From the human T2T-CHM13v2.0 reference genome, Homo sapiens: a stretch of DNA of 64,000 nt. The stretch's first letter is position 1. Each line of letters starts with the position of its first letter. The position numbers and the translations under genes were made by a program. The DNA lies in the NCBI RefSeq assembly GCF_009914755.1, contig NC_060932.1; one strand, 5' to 3'. The notes beneath the pieces were generated by a model. That model was not told the origin of the DNA, did no database searches, and saw nothing but the letters and a program-made list of their open reading frames with translations. This document shows, piece after piece, positions 27,171 to 41,225 of the stretch.

Positions 27171-28780
27171 AACTGTCTTAAAGGGTTGTATTGAGGATGA
27201 AATTAATAATGATCAACAGCACTAATCCAGAGGAGGTGCTCACTAAATAGAAGCAATTATTGCAATTTCATTTTCAGCTTCCTTTAAATACTATACTCTT
27301 TCCATGATAACGATTGCAGTGGTCTCAAAAATGGAAAGCTATAATGGGACTTAAGCAGAACCAGGTGCTGCGAATTTGTGTATACTTTTAAAAGTTCAAT
27401 GCATCAAGCCAAGAAGACTAGTTACTCTAAAACAGACTATTCTTCATCAGAAGTACATACCTGAAAAGCACACACAAACACACACAAATACATAGAAGAC
27501 TCTATATAAACATTCACCCTCGTATCCAACGAATATGTAAGTCTCCCTAAGTTGAAAAGAGGAAAGAACAAAACTTGACATATCCTATCCGATTAATTCA
27601 GTGGAGTGTCCAAAGCAGATTATGTTAATTCCAACAGTAATTCTTAATATTTGTAATGTAATATATGACTTGATAAGATTGTGAAACCTTCTGACAGCTT
27701 ATTAGCTGATGCCATTAAAACCAAATGTCAACTTTATCAACTGCTGTCAGTGATATTAGCAATGAAACAGTCTCCAAGGGATGGAGGTTCAATTTGTGTT
27801 GGATAATGGTATGAATAATCACTTAGATTTATATAGCACCTTTTCTCAGTAGAGTTTAAAGAGTTTACACACATCATGTTCTCACAATACCCCTGAATAG
27901 AAAGAAGGGACGAAGTTTAATGTTCTTCTGTGGTTTGTGGTCACTTTACAGCTTTGAGTTCATGAAGCCAGTGCTTACAATAGACTTTACATCCCCCCAA
28001 TTGCTTTGCTTGAGTTAGGATATAATGCCACTGGGTGTGGAAAGATGCCCACATAGAAGAGAATAATAATAGAAAACAGATAATGGAATGCTTTTCCACT
28101 TCATTATACCACAAACCTAAACTATATTATTAAGAACATTTACTCACAAAGATTAACTAATTGCCATGTTTGTAAACATAAATGAAAAATTAGAATACAT
28201 TTCAAAGCAATGAAAAGCAGGGATATAGACAATTGAAGTTGAAAGACACTTAGACAAAATAGCGCTCCATGCTCTCATTTAGGCTTTATGAATCTTGGCG
28301 ATCATTTTTATTTTTTTCCCAAGCATCTATTCATTCTCCTGACAGTGGCATTTCAGTTTTCCTTTGGGAAAGTTTCAGTTTTCCTTTGTGTTGCCCCTAT
28401 TCTCTGCCTGTGCTGTTTGGGTAGAGATGATCCCAATCCTGATTCTCTGGGTGAGGACATGACCCAGAATTGGTGAGTAAGAAAACTGCATCCCTTGGTC
28501 ACCCCTGTTGTAGAGATACTATGTGATCCCAAACGGGGCAGTAAAGGCAACACCTGAGATTTTTTCTGAATCATCAGGAAAGAGGTTTTCTTTTTCCACT
28601 GAAGTTTGCTAAGCTGGTTTTATATAAGCATAAAGTCATCTTGTGCCCACATTAGAAAAGTTTGCTTGAGAATGAAACCACTATAGTGGGATGAAGCTAT
28701 AAAAAATAAAAGAAACAATATGATTCTCAGGGGCCTCATTTTAGCATCGAGGTCCAGGTGTGTGAACCCTCTCCCTTTTT

Positions 28781-29142
<362 letters not shown>

Positions 29143-30371
29143 TAATCAAAGAGATCTTATGCAGGTGCTGACTGCTAAATCTTTAGTGTTACTGATACCA
29201 GTTAACCTAAAGTCACTTTTCTCCATGGTAAATACGTAGTCAGAATAAGTTACTGTTTGCTGTGGTAACAAAAAAAATCCTGAAATCTCAGTGGTTTAAG
29301 ACTACTAGTTGTTGTGTTTTTTTTTTTTTTTTCCTTTTCCTAGCTTACATGCAGCTTTATGGTGGATGGGCTCTCTGTTCTCCTCACTCAGAGTTGCAGG
29401 ACAATGGGGCAGCCATCATCCAAAGTATTTGTCATTGTTATGGGAGAATAAAAGAGAGAGAGTTTGGGGTGGGGTGGCGAATAGCACATACATTCTTAAA
29501 GCTTCCACTTGAAAGGAAAACAGATTACTTGGCATAAATAACTTGCTGGATTTCTGAGTGTTAATACATAAGACCCTAGAATTTTAGGAACTTCATACAA
29601 TTTTAAATCTCTGCAGCCATGGACTAGTCCCTGGACACAGAAAGTGCCTTAATAAGTGTCATTGTCCTGTGTTGTCTAGCTGTCAACATCACTAATCCTT
29701 GACTCTTTCTTTGGCTACTGAGTTATACGATTTGTCACTGACTGTTCTTTGCATTCTCCCTCCCTAACCACTTAATTTCTTCTTAGCAAAGTGAAAAGGA
29801 GTCTCTTTGTATCCCCACATGTCAGCAAAAATGAGAAGTGAAGTAATTCTATAGCAGCATTTTCACACTGGACTCAGCATGGAATCCGTGATTATTTTTT
29901 CCAAAATAGGAAGTACCAATTTTCTTCTTTTCAACAAGAGAATCTTTTCTACCCTTGGGTATTTGTCTAAAATGTGATGCAGTGCTGCAGTTTGCTCATA
30001 TACTAGGAGGCAGTTCCCTTCCAATTATATATTATGAATTCTATCTTAGATGGGAAAAAGCCTTGTGGCAGTTACAAATCCCAAGCTAATTATGGCATAA
30101 CTTTAAGAGGCATTTAAACATTGAATCGGATTAAAAGTAGCTAGCAAATGTGGAATTTGTAAAGAATCTATGCAATATTTGGCCATTTCCTAAAGAGACA
30201 GGAGACTCAGATGAGGACTAAGCAGGACACGATTTTTCATCAAATTAACTAAATTAGTGCTTTGTGGATTGCATGTGGCAACTAGTCAGTAATTACCATG
30301 ATCTGCAAATGAAAACTTATTTGAAGATGGAAAATAAAGAAAAGAAATATGAAATCTTTTTTTCTTTTTTT

Positions 30372-30770
30372 TTTCCGGTCAGCTTTGGCAGAGACTAGTT
30401 TCCACTTCCTGGACACACAGGAAGACAGTATCTCCCATCCTGTCTTGCAGGTCAGCTGAGGTCACGTGACTGCTTCCTGAACAATGCAATCTGGATAGAA
30501 GTGGTGTGCACCATTTTAGGGCCTGACCATGCAACCCCTTGCCTAATCTCTCATTCTGTTCACCCTCCAGTGGTCATGGTGAAGGTCAGATATTGAAAAT
30601 GGTGGCATCACAAGCTGAAAGGAGATGAGATCACTGTATCATTTTTTAGGCGAGAGCTACCCAGGAGAGCCACAGATCTTCATAGGATCATGTGATGAGT
30701 AAGAAATAAGCCTGTGTGCTAAGCCACTGAATTTTTATTTTTACTCTTTTACAGCTATTTATATTCTTTC
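30372..30770 (+). mobile_element. MLT1J-like LTR
   Basis: CCACTTCCTGGACACACAGGAAGAC...GGTCACGTGACT...GTGCTAAGCCACTGAA. Confidence 0.65.
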
Positions 30771-31072
30771 ATAGATTTTTCCTCTAATATTAAATACATC
30801 AGAGCAAACAGAAACAAGCTCAACTATTTTACAGCAATTACTACCTTGGATTTTAGTGACATGGGAATACTAACAAAGGACATTTAAATCTGAGTAAGAT
30901 GTCAGAGAAGTCTTCCAAGATAAGGTGAAAAAGTAAAAAGTAGAAGGCAAACAGAAAAGGCACAGCATGCAGAGAGGACAGTAGGCAGGAGGACATGCAG
31001 GCAGGAGCAGCACAAGGACAAGATTTGAGGAACTGCCCCTTAACCCAGGTGAAAAAAGAATACATTGTTTCT

Positions 31073-33618
31073 CAAAGCCAGAACCCCCAGTGAACTGCCT
31101 ACGCCAGAAGGTCCTGAGCCTCCCTCTGCCCATCCCCTGAAATACTGTTTGATTTGTTACAGAGAAAAATGAGCCTCCTGTCTGAAAGAGGGAAATGAGG
31201 AAGAGCAGATTGCTGAGTCTGAGGTTTGTGCTGCCTATGTGCTGTTGAAGAGTCACCTGGAAGCAGATGCTGTGGGGAAGGGAACAGCTGGACTCATCAA
31301 CATCATGGTTTTCTTCTTCTAGCTCCTGATTGATCTCTACAATTTTATTCAGTTGTATGATTCCTTTATATAATTCAACAAGACCTACATTGCATAGAAG
31401 ATTGTTTTCCCAAAGTGGAGAGGATCTTCACAGAGAAAAAGAGAAGGCAGTTTATTTTTCAGCTCTGATGAAACACTAAAGTGTGCGGAAGAGAGATTGT
31501 TTGTTGACCATCCCTCATACAGCATGCACATTACTCACTGAAAGTGGAAACCAACCTGTATTGCTTATAAAGTGTGAAAGCACAAGCTTATAAATGTATA
31601 AAATCTTTTCTGGGTGTGACACACCTGTGTCCAATTTTGAATTTTTATGATATGTGCCACTTAATTACTGGCACTGAGTATCACTGAACTTTTTAGTTTT
31701 CTAGTGGGGAAATGTTATGGAGAAGCCCTCCCTTATTTTAAGTAAGTTAATTAAATCTTATGTGAGTTGTCAAGTGTAATTTTTCAAGGGAAAAATTTTG
31801 ATGGGTGGAGAAATGAACTGCCAGATAATCTTTCTGGAATTCCGGGAGAATTCCAAAGAGGATTTTTTTTTTGACACTTTTTTATATCTTTAAAAGAACC
31901 ACTGTCAAGTAATTCTTAGAAGAATATCCTGGGAAATGAAGCAAGTTTTTTCCCGTGTGTAAGCAATACACGAAGTTACATTTGCCCTAACCGTAGGGAT
32001 GATTCTTTACCCAGTTTTAAAGACCATAGTGGTTTTCTAAGGTGTTGACACCCTCCATCCTCAGAACAGGTAGAAAGTATTAGGAGTGCAGGAAATAGAC
32101 TAGGGACTATATTATGGACAGCCTGTGCTTTTTGACTTCAGTTTGCTATCTTTCTGTGATCACATCAGATTACTGATTCATAGATTCTATCTTTTATAAT
32201 TCTGGAGAAAAAGAGGTTTGTTAGTTTTGTAATTTTTCGTAAGAACAAATGTATGTATTTTAGGAGCTCCACTGCATGAGAACAGTGTAACTCACACTGA
32301 CTTGTGAAATCAGGCTTCTCTAGGCCATGCGTGTGGAGAACTTTCTATTTTACCAAGTGGGAGGGCTAAAAGCACAGCAGCCTTTTTGGTAGTCACATGG
32401 CGGAATGATCAAAGTTACATTGCTTATTCCAACATATTCGTTCTTTTTAAAACTTTTTTTTCACCCAAAGAAAAGAATAATATAAATTATTAACAATAAA
32501 CATAAATTCCGAATTTTGATGTGGGATTAAATATCCAGATTTTATTTTTAATCTTAATCCTTAGCTTCTTGGGAGTTGCTGGGCTTCAGTGTCTCTGTGG
32601 TTTCGCCAGCTTGGCTAAGCTCTGGTTATTTTGGATCTTTTCTGCTTTTTTAAGTAACAGAGTCATTTTTACCAAACAATATAGTTTGAATGTATAGCTG
32701 GGAAAACGTGTATTGCTCTAGATTGGCCAATTTAAGCCATTTTAAAGAAAGTTAGTTCATAGTTGTTGCCTTTTAACTCATAGTCAAGCTTCATTCTTTC
32801 AACGAGAAACTTGTGATTTACATTTACTTGCTAATATTTTGTAGTTTGGAGATCCTTGTGGGCATTATTCTAACTAATATGTAGACACTTACATGGAAAT
32901 TTTTGGACATAATATTAAATGAGTGGTATCTGTGAAATTGGTTGTATTAGGTGGCTTGACTAATTTTTTTCTATAATTGCATATGGGCTGCATTAAAAAA
33001 AAACCTGCATTTTCCTTTATGCTGGATTGTAAACAATTATATTACAATGTATAAGACATGTTTTTCCCTCATATGTTAGACTTTTCTTAGTATTTCATAT
33101 TTATGTGTAGTCATTTTGTGATTTTTAAACCAGAATTTGGTTTAAAAAATATGGTTATAATATATGTGTGAAATAGTTTGGTGTTTACCTTATGAAAATA
33201 AAGGATTGTAGGTAAGGTTTCCTGTGCACCTTATACCAGAATTCAGTATAATACACTACTTTCTGTTTTCAAACAGATAAATCATAATATAGTCTGAATT
33301 GTCTGTAAGATCTATCTCAGAAACCACATTCTTGACAACTATTTACTTTTGAATAGTTTGCATTTTAATATGTGACTTTTGCCTTGAAAAGTAGTAAAGC
33401 CATAAACTTGTGCAAAACAAATTTCAAGTTTATAGATGTTAAGTATCTAATGTAAGAATCAAATGTGTATGCAAAAATACTTTTACCAATCTGGAACTTG
33501 AGAAAAATCCAAGGAATTTGAAACATAGATTTTAATGAGCTGATAAACACAAATTACGTCAATAAGGGTAGTCAGGATATTAAAAAAGAAGAAGAAGAAG
33601 AAGAAGAAGAAGAAGAAG
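31073..33618 (+). pseudogene. PCMTD2: 5'-truncated processed pseudogene (retrocopy) of PCMTD2: C-terminal codons, 3' UTR and tail
   Basis: 31075-31172 reads [19 protein letters not shown](1-nt deletion)-PLKYCLICYREK*. This matches the PCMTD2 C-terminus as I recall it ([32 protein letters not shown]). It is followed by ~2.4 kb of repeat-free AT-rich UTR-like DNA, AATAAG at 33561 and an A6(GAA)12 tail. 17-bp TSD AAGAATACATTGTTTCT at 31056-31072 and 33619-33635. The symbol names the parent gene. Confidence 0.88.
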
Positions 33619-33623
33619 AAGAA
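33588..33623 (+). repeat. (GAA)12 microsatellite in the retrocopy tail
   Basis: 12 perfect GAA units counted directly. Confidence 0.97.
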
Positions 33624-33747
33624 TACATTGTTTCTTTCCTTATATTGGAATGCAAAGATGCTGCAAAGAACATGATTATTATTCTCCTTTTGCTGATGAG
33701 AAAACAGAGCAATTTAAAAACAGAAGGCTAATACGTGGTAAATCCAG

Positions 33748-34197
33748 CATTCCTGGCTTGAAAGTGGAGGAAGGACACTAAGGGGGAGGAATGTGGCGGC
33801 CTCTTGCAGCTTGAAAAGGCAAGGAAATGGATTCTCCCCTGCAGCTTCCAGGAAGGAACCAGCGCTGCCCTCCTGACAGCTTGACTTTAGCCCATCTGGG
33901 ACTCCTGAAACATGTAGAGTGGGCACTGAGGGAAGTGCAACAGAGTGACAAATGTCCTTATGCCACATTAAGATGAACAATTAACAACAGAGCTGAGTGC
34001 TTCCTGTTATTTTTACCCACTATTGCACTGACATCTTCCAGCAAAATGTTAATATCTTATTTATCAAATAAAGGAAATAGTACAAACATTTCTGGGTTGA
34101 ACTTCTGATCTTCAGAACTATAAGATAACAAATTTGTGTTGGTTTAAGCCACTAGATTTGTGGCGATTTGTTAGAGCAACAATAGGAAACTAACACA
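33748..34197 (+). mobile_element. MLT1D-like LTR 3' half, interrupted by a ~187-bp local copy
   Basis: GGCAAGGAAATGGATTCTCCCCT...TTGACTTTAGCCCA | insert | AACTTCTGATCTTCAGAACTATAAGATAACAAATTTGTGTT...GGAAACTAACACA. Confidence 0.8.
33899..34085 (+). repeat. Local direct duplication of 34910-35094
   Basis: About 88% identity by hand alignment, e.g. shared GAGTGACAAATGTCCTTATGCCACATTAAGATG. Confidence 0.93.
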
Positions 34198-36134
34198 GAC
34201 TCTAACCTGGTTGTAAGATAGCCATTAACTATTCCTAAGCTGCAATCTTAACAGAAGAGCCTGAAAAAAAATGAACTGCTTTTCCTGGGAGTAGGAATTA
34301 CCAAGAAATACTGTGTATCAGTAGTAAAGATCCTAGGAGCCTTTCTGTTAATGGTACACTAAGCACCCATTTCATCACAAATTTTCTAGGTGTAGGTACA
34401 GGCCTTGACTTTATCACATATTAGCCTTCTGCTTTTTCATTTCTCTGTTTTCTCATCAGCAAAAGGGATACATATACAGTCTTTAGATGTCTCTGTTTTT
34501 GTCATTTATTGTAGACCATTTTCACTTCTTAAATCCTTTAAAATTTAATAAGAGCAACACAAATGCCTGACCTTGACAAACATTTGAAAAGCAAACATCA
34601 ATGAGAAACATATAAAACTCTTTAGTGGACTCTCAGGAGTTTTCCTAAGTGAATCAGAGGAATCTGAGAAGGGGACATCTAGCTGACCATTAGCACACAC
34701 TCTGAAAAGAGTCACAGATGTGATGCTTTATAAGGTAGATTTGCATTTGTTAAAGGTCATTCTCCACTGAGTATTTGCACTTATGTCTAAGACACAGGAA
34801 GGCCACTCTACCTCGTTCTTCCAATTTGTCTGTTCCGTGATCAATATTGGAGTCTAGACTAGGACGACTACAGGATCTTACCACTGCTTGATTTCCCATA
34901 AGATTGAGCGGACTTCCTGAAACAACTGGGGTGGGCACCAAGGGAAGTGCATTGGAGTGACAAATGTCCTTATGCCACATTAAGATGCACAATTAAAGGA
35001 GCTGAGTGCTTCCTGTTATTTTTACACACTATTCTACTGGGATCTTCCAGCAAAATGTTTATATCTTATTTACCAAATAAAGGAAATACTACAAGATTGA
35101 GTCACAGTTCTCCACATTTGAAGAAAGTTAAAGATGTTTTTGACATTTCACATTCTGTCTAGTAATGGACTGAAAGTGTCCTGTTTCTGCCAGGCTCCTT
35201 ACAACTAATGAAGACTCTTGTCTTTCATCCGAAAGCTCTGCTCAATCTCAGGCTTTAGCACCAATGTTATGGCTGTTCAAGGGATTTTAAAAAGCCCCAG
35301 ATTAGTCATTCTGGGGATACAGAACCAACTTTCTCTTGCTTCACCCTTACTTTTGTCTTCAGTCCCAGTGACTGGGCCTCTGCCTTGACTGAGATTAAGC
35401 TCTAATTTACATTTTGGTTGTAGGTACCTAGCTCCCCTTTTTCCCCCTGCATCATAATCCTTGTGTCTTCCGCGACTAGTTCCTTGGGGCCCCAGTTCTA
35501 GCTACATGTGAATATTTATTCGATTTAACAAAAATATATTGAGTAGCTACTATGTGCCAGATTATTTTAGGTAAGGTGGTAGAAATACAGAAATAAACAA
35601 GATACAGAAACTTTATGATCTCAAGGAACTTTAAGTCTACACAATGAGACAAAAATACATGTATAAATTATATACACAAAATAAACAAGTAAGTCAAGGG
35701 AGACCCCATTTGAGGAGGCAACAGGTGAGCAGAGACCCACTGATCTCAGGGAGCAATTGTACATATAAGTGGGAGGAAAGTGTTCAAGGTGAAGGATACT
35801 AACATGATGTCAATGAAGAAGACTATGCTTGGTGTGTTTGGGAAAACTGTAGTCCAGTGCGGCACAGCAAGGACAAAATGGGAGTGAATGAAGCAGAAGT
35901 GTTGCCTGGCCTGGATCTGATCTGATTCAGTTGGCCAAATTCCCTGGGTCTTGACCTTGGGGTCACATAACTAGAAAACAGGAATGGTTACATTTAAATC
36001 CAGATTAATTTGTGTTTCACTTCCAGCTCCATCATTTTCAAACAGTGTTTAACTAGAGTAACTTATTTGCCTCTGTTGTGAAATAGAGTTTCACAGTTTT
36101 GGCTACTGAAAGGAGTAATAAAGTTGAACTATGT

Positions 36135-36501
36135 TGACTTAGTTTGGGCTGCTCTAACAGGCTACCATAGACTGGGTGGTTTAAACAACAGAAATTTATT
36201 TCTCACAGTTCTGGGTGCTGAGAAATCCAAAATCAATGAACAGCAGTTCTGGCATCTAGAAAAAGCCCACTTGCTGGTTTCCAGATGGCCATCTTCTCTT
36301 TGTATCCTCACATGGTGGAGAGTAGAGATAGAACATGCAAGCTCTTTGGTGCCTTTCTTAAGGGCACTAATCCTGTTTATGGTGGCTCCACCCTCATGAT
36401 GTAATTACCTCCCAAAGCCTCCATCTTCTAATACCATCACATTGGGAGTTAAGGTTTCAGCGCAGCAATTTTGAGGGGACACAAACATTTAGTTCATATC
36501 A
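36135..36501 (-). mobile_element. MLT1A0/MST-like solo LTR
   Basis: TGACTTAGTTTGGGCTGCT...CCATAGACTGGGTGGTTTAAACAACAGAAATTTATTTCTCACAG...GGGGACACAAACATT. TSD TATGT / TATGC. Confidence 0.85.
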
Positions 36502-36787
36502 TATGCCAAGAGGCTATAACAGTTCCTTGCACATAGAGGGTATTCAAATATTATCTATAATTAACAATAGTACATCAGAGTTACCCATGTTTTAAACTCT
36601 TTGACATTTTCACGCGGTTAAATATCTTAAACTCATTTTACATCATCTCTTTTCTCTCATAGCTGCTCTTTATTCCAAGTCTTTTATCTCAGTAAATGGC
36701 ATCACCATTCATTCAATACCCAAGTTGACTCCATCCTCTTCCTCAATCCTCATGCCTAGCCAACCACCCGGCTCTCTTGTGTCTGTA

Positions 36788-36884
36788 TAGGGTGACAGAC
36801 TCTTCCTGGTTTGCCCAGAACTATCCCAGTTTTAGCACTGACAACCCCCTAGTCTCAGGCATACAGGAATGATTCGTCACCCTA
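36788..36884. mobile_element. MER81-like hAT-Blackjack MITE
   Basis: Terminal inverted repeats TAGGGTGAC...GTCACCCTA around a ~97-bp element. Confidence 0.75.
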
Positions 36885-36957
36885 TCTCTAGCTCTGAAAT
36901 GTTTCTCAAATAATTTATAATTTTACTTCTCTTCATTTCTAACTTAATTTATCATTC

Positions 36958-37359
<402 letters not shown>

Positions 37360-38108
37360 TAACATTTCATATCATTATGAAAATTAAAGTGCTTCAATGG
37401 CTTCCCATTGTCTTTATGGTAAGACCCACATTTTTAACTGTTCTGCATTGCTCTCTGCACAGCCTCACTCCCTTATTCCTTTCAAAACTCATCTCTTACC
37501 ACCACCATAGGTTTTTACCTTCAGCCTACCTCCTACACTCCAGATACCCTGGTTATTTTCTCCCTCTGAATAAACTAAACTGAACTTTCCCATGTGCTGT
37601 GCTCTCTTTCTGGCTGGATTCTCCATCTTAAGTTCAATCTTCTCTTCACTAAACTTTAAATCCCAACTCAAGTAGTTCTTCCTTGGATGGAAGATTTCTA
37701 CAATCTCTGAGAAAAACTGATTAAGTTCTCTTGTTATATGATCCCAAAGCAAGATGTTTAAACTACAAATTTAAATTACATTTCTAATTATCTTTTTATC
37801 TGCATAGAGTTTAGAGTTCACGAGGTCAAGGATCATAACTGCCTTATACTCAACTGTATCTTCAGCCTGAAGCTATGCCTGGTGCATAGTAAATGCTCAA
37901 TTAATTATTGTTAAATGGGTAAATAGGTGAATATTTTCTGAAGATGTCACTTAGTAAAATTGCTGATAGGGTTGTTGCTTATGATTTGCCACTGTGTACT
38001 TCTCAACTCCAGGGGCCACCCTATATTTCATAGTCATTGTTGACTTGTATGGTCTTTAATGACAATTTTTCAGCAGATAGCAAGTAAAGTGCTTTGAAGA
38101 ATGAGTCC

Positions 38109-38522
38109 TGTACTAACGAAGATAGGCTAAATTAGACTGCAGTGATAAGAAAAGCGTACATTTTAGTGGTTTAACCAGAAGTTTATTTTCTGCTCACCTG
38201 TCATATACTGTGTCCAAGGCGACCCTACAGTTACAGTCCTCCATACTTCATGATCCCAGGGTACTTTGATTTTTGCTGCTGTCATTTTAATACAAAGCCA
38301 CCTTCACACTTGCTGATGCAGAGGAAGAACATGCTGGAGGGTCTTAAGTTAGATTTTAATTGGGATGATAGGAAGAACATCTAACACTTCTCTCCAGAAC
38401 CACTGAGAAGGATAGTCACATGGCCCTGCCCAGCTATAAGGGGAATGAGAAAGTATAATTCTTACATGTTCATAGAAATGGAACAAAACTGAATATGAAG
38501 AAGTATTAGATATCTCTACCAT
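38109..38522 (-). mobile_element. Old MLT1 (J/K-like) LTR nested in a MER91-like hAT-Tip100 fossil (~37965-38570)
   Basis: GATAGGCTA...GCAGTGATAA...TAGTGGTTTAACC...AGTCACATGGCCCTGCCCAGCT. Flanks resemble MER91 halves. Confidence 0.5.
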
Positions 38523-39454
38523 GAGTGCTTTAACCTAATTTGTACAAATTTCCCCTTTGGATTAGTGGGATAAATGGCTAAAAAATTAAGCCATTACAGT
38601 GCCTTCAGTGGTAATTTGGGATTGGGGAAGGCACCTGGCACATTGACCCTGGAAAGGATATATGGGGACAAAGCTTTATTCAGTAATGGGTACACAGAGT
38701 GATACCAAAGTTGGATGATGTGCTAAAGGAAATAAATAACATTTCACCATATGGCAGCTGTCTGAAGGCTGTTTTGCAGGAGGCTGGTCCTGAGCTTTTC
38801 TATATTAAATTAAGACACAGTATATTTGATCAAAAGGTTTTTGTTCTTGATATCACTTGAGCTGGGATCAAATATTCCACTCCACCAACTTGCTGTGAGG
38901 CCTTAGTTGCTTATTCCTGAGCCTTTCCCCACAACTGTAGAAAAGGAAGATTATATTTGCTCTGTCTTCCTTCACTGGCTCATTTGAAGAATCCCATGAG
39001 ATGAAGTATTTTTCATAAAGAATGAGCTATTGGTTATATATTATAGTAAATTGAATAGATGTGGGAATAACATGTAAACATCAAAGCACTATATAAAATA
39101 TAAGATGGCGTTATTTTTATAATAATTATCAAGGAAAATAGAAATGAATCCAGAGTAAAAGAGATGATCATAGTGATCCCCTTTTGAGTATTCACCTGAG
39201 TGTGTCTCCCTTGATTTGTATTCCTAGAAGGAAGAATGTGAAGTCCTGTGCTTAAGACATATTGACTCAATTTCCAATTTGCATATTATGGATTGCCACC
39301 AGCAGGCATTGAGTGAAAATCTTTATTAAAAAATGGTGCTGTTGCAGCAGGCTGTGCTTTGGCAGCTTTTATTTCCCCTTTTCTTGCATATTTCAGCCTC
39401 TTAGCTTTTAGATAAGGGGAAAAAAAGTAAATATTTCAAATAAAAAACCTAAAA

Positions 39455-39890
39455 TTGCTATGTTAAAATGCAATGGGTGGATCTCGCTTAGTTTCGATAT
39501 GCATAAACCAACTGTAAAAGATGTCTTCTAGATAATCAGGAACATTTGAATATGAACTGTATATAAGACAAAATTAAGAGATTGCTGTTAATTCTGTTAG
39601 GTGCATTACTGTCATGGTGCTGGGGAAACTATGCAAAGAAAACATGATATTATCACTCAAAAATTCATACCAATCATTTACATATGAAATGACATGACAT
39701 CTGGGATTTGCTTTAAAGCAGTCCAGCAAGCAAAGAAACAGGCAAACAAAATTGAGGGGAGGTGCTAATAGGTAGGAGGTGATACTGGCAAAATGTTGAT
39801 TATCTTTGAAGCTGAGTGACTGAGACATGAAGGCTCACTGGAGTACTTGTTCTACCTTCTTTACGTTAAAAAATTTTCATAAAAAGAGTA
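39455..39890 (+). mobile_element. L1ME-type 3' end
   Basis: GAAATGACATGACATCTGGGATTTGCTTTAAA...GAAGCTGAGTGA...AAATTTTCATAAAA. Confidence 0.7.
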
Positions 39891-40699
39891 CTACAAAAAT
39901 TGCCATCTAAGAGGATGAAGTCATTTCTGGGGCTGAGGAGCATATAGAATGTGCACTTGAAAATTGAGCACTTTTTGAAACTTACTATAAGCAGTTCATG
40001 TCAGGAAGGGGATTGCTGTGCCTTACTCTAGAGCCCATTCCTTTTTTTTTTATGAGTGCGACAGAGATAAAATCCAAACGTGATCACTGCAGAAGTGATG
40101 TCTTAGAAAAATATATTCAATTCTAATCCATAGATATGGAAGTGGTGGAAAAATAATGAGTAACAGACAGCTGGTCCTCCATCACCAAAAACAATTTGAA
40201 AGTCAAGCTTTTCTCTGTTGTTTTTTTTTCCTCCTTTATTTCCTACTCTGGTCCCCCACCAATGACTCCTGAATGCTCTGACATCTGTAGACCTATTTTT
40301 AAAAAAGTATATAAGTATATTCTTAAGTATGATCAAGCCACAAATATTCCTTTGTCAGGGGAATGCAGTCAAATGGTTCATCCAAAACTGTAAAAAAACA
40401 TAAAAGATATAGAAGTAATAAACAGAGATTTAAAAAATTAGTGATAATTGATTAATTCATTTATTTATTGGTCAATTTATTAATTCACCAAAATCGAGTG
40501 CTTATATGTTGCAAGCACTCAACTAGGCCGTGGGATGCTAATGGTGAACTACTAATGGAGATTACAGTTTAATGATTGAGGGATCCTACAATTTGTAATA
40601 AATGAGGATCTGGAGACCAAAAGGGACAATGGTGACTTTGTGCACACCTGTGTGTGTGTGTGTGTCCTAAATCACATACTGGGGAAAAAACATATTTAC

Positions 40700-41225
40700 A
40701 ACACAACCACAAAAAAACAAATACTTTTAGTCTTGTCTCTTATATCTGGCCTTGTCACTTTCTCACCAGTCAGGATCTGTATTTGCATACTACCTTTCAA
40801 TCAGACTAAGCTACTAGTCTATTCCCTAAATATGTCACCCACTGTGATGTTTTCACATCTACTTCCCTGCCTGAACTGGCTTGTCTCCTCCCTACTCAAG
40901 AAGGTCAACTCTTCATCCTTCAAAACCTGGAGTACATGTTACAGCCTCTCAATCTTGCCATGATGCTCACTTTCCTGTTACCCAGAGGAATAAATGCTCC
41001 CTCCTCTGTATTCTCATAACACTCTGTACAGACATCTATTGTAGCACTTAAGAGGCATTGTCTTTTTTGTTTAAATGTCTTGCTCTCTTGCAGAACTCTG
41101 AAATTCTGAAAGACAAAGTCTGTACCTTACTTGTCTCCGTAACTTCAGTGCATAAGGCGGTGCCTGATTCGTAAGAGGTGATCAATAAGTGTATTTTAAG
41201 CAAATGAATGGATAAATGAATGAAC
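40700..41225. mobile_element. L2 LINE 3' fragment
   Basis: Ends in CAATAAGTGTATT...AATGAATGGATAAATGAATGAA. Confidence 0.65.

Noticed and set aside
30870-31256. 128-aa minus-strand ORF
   Set aside because: Antisense to the PCMTD2 remnant and crosses the insertion junction, so most likely a chance frame.
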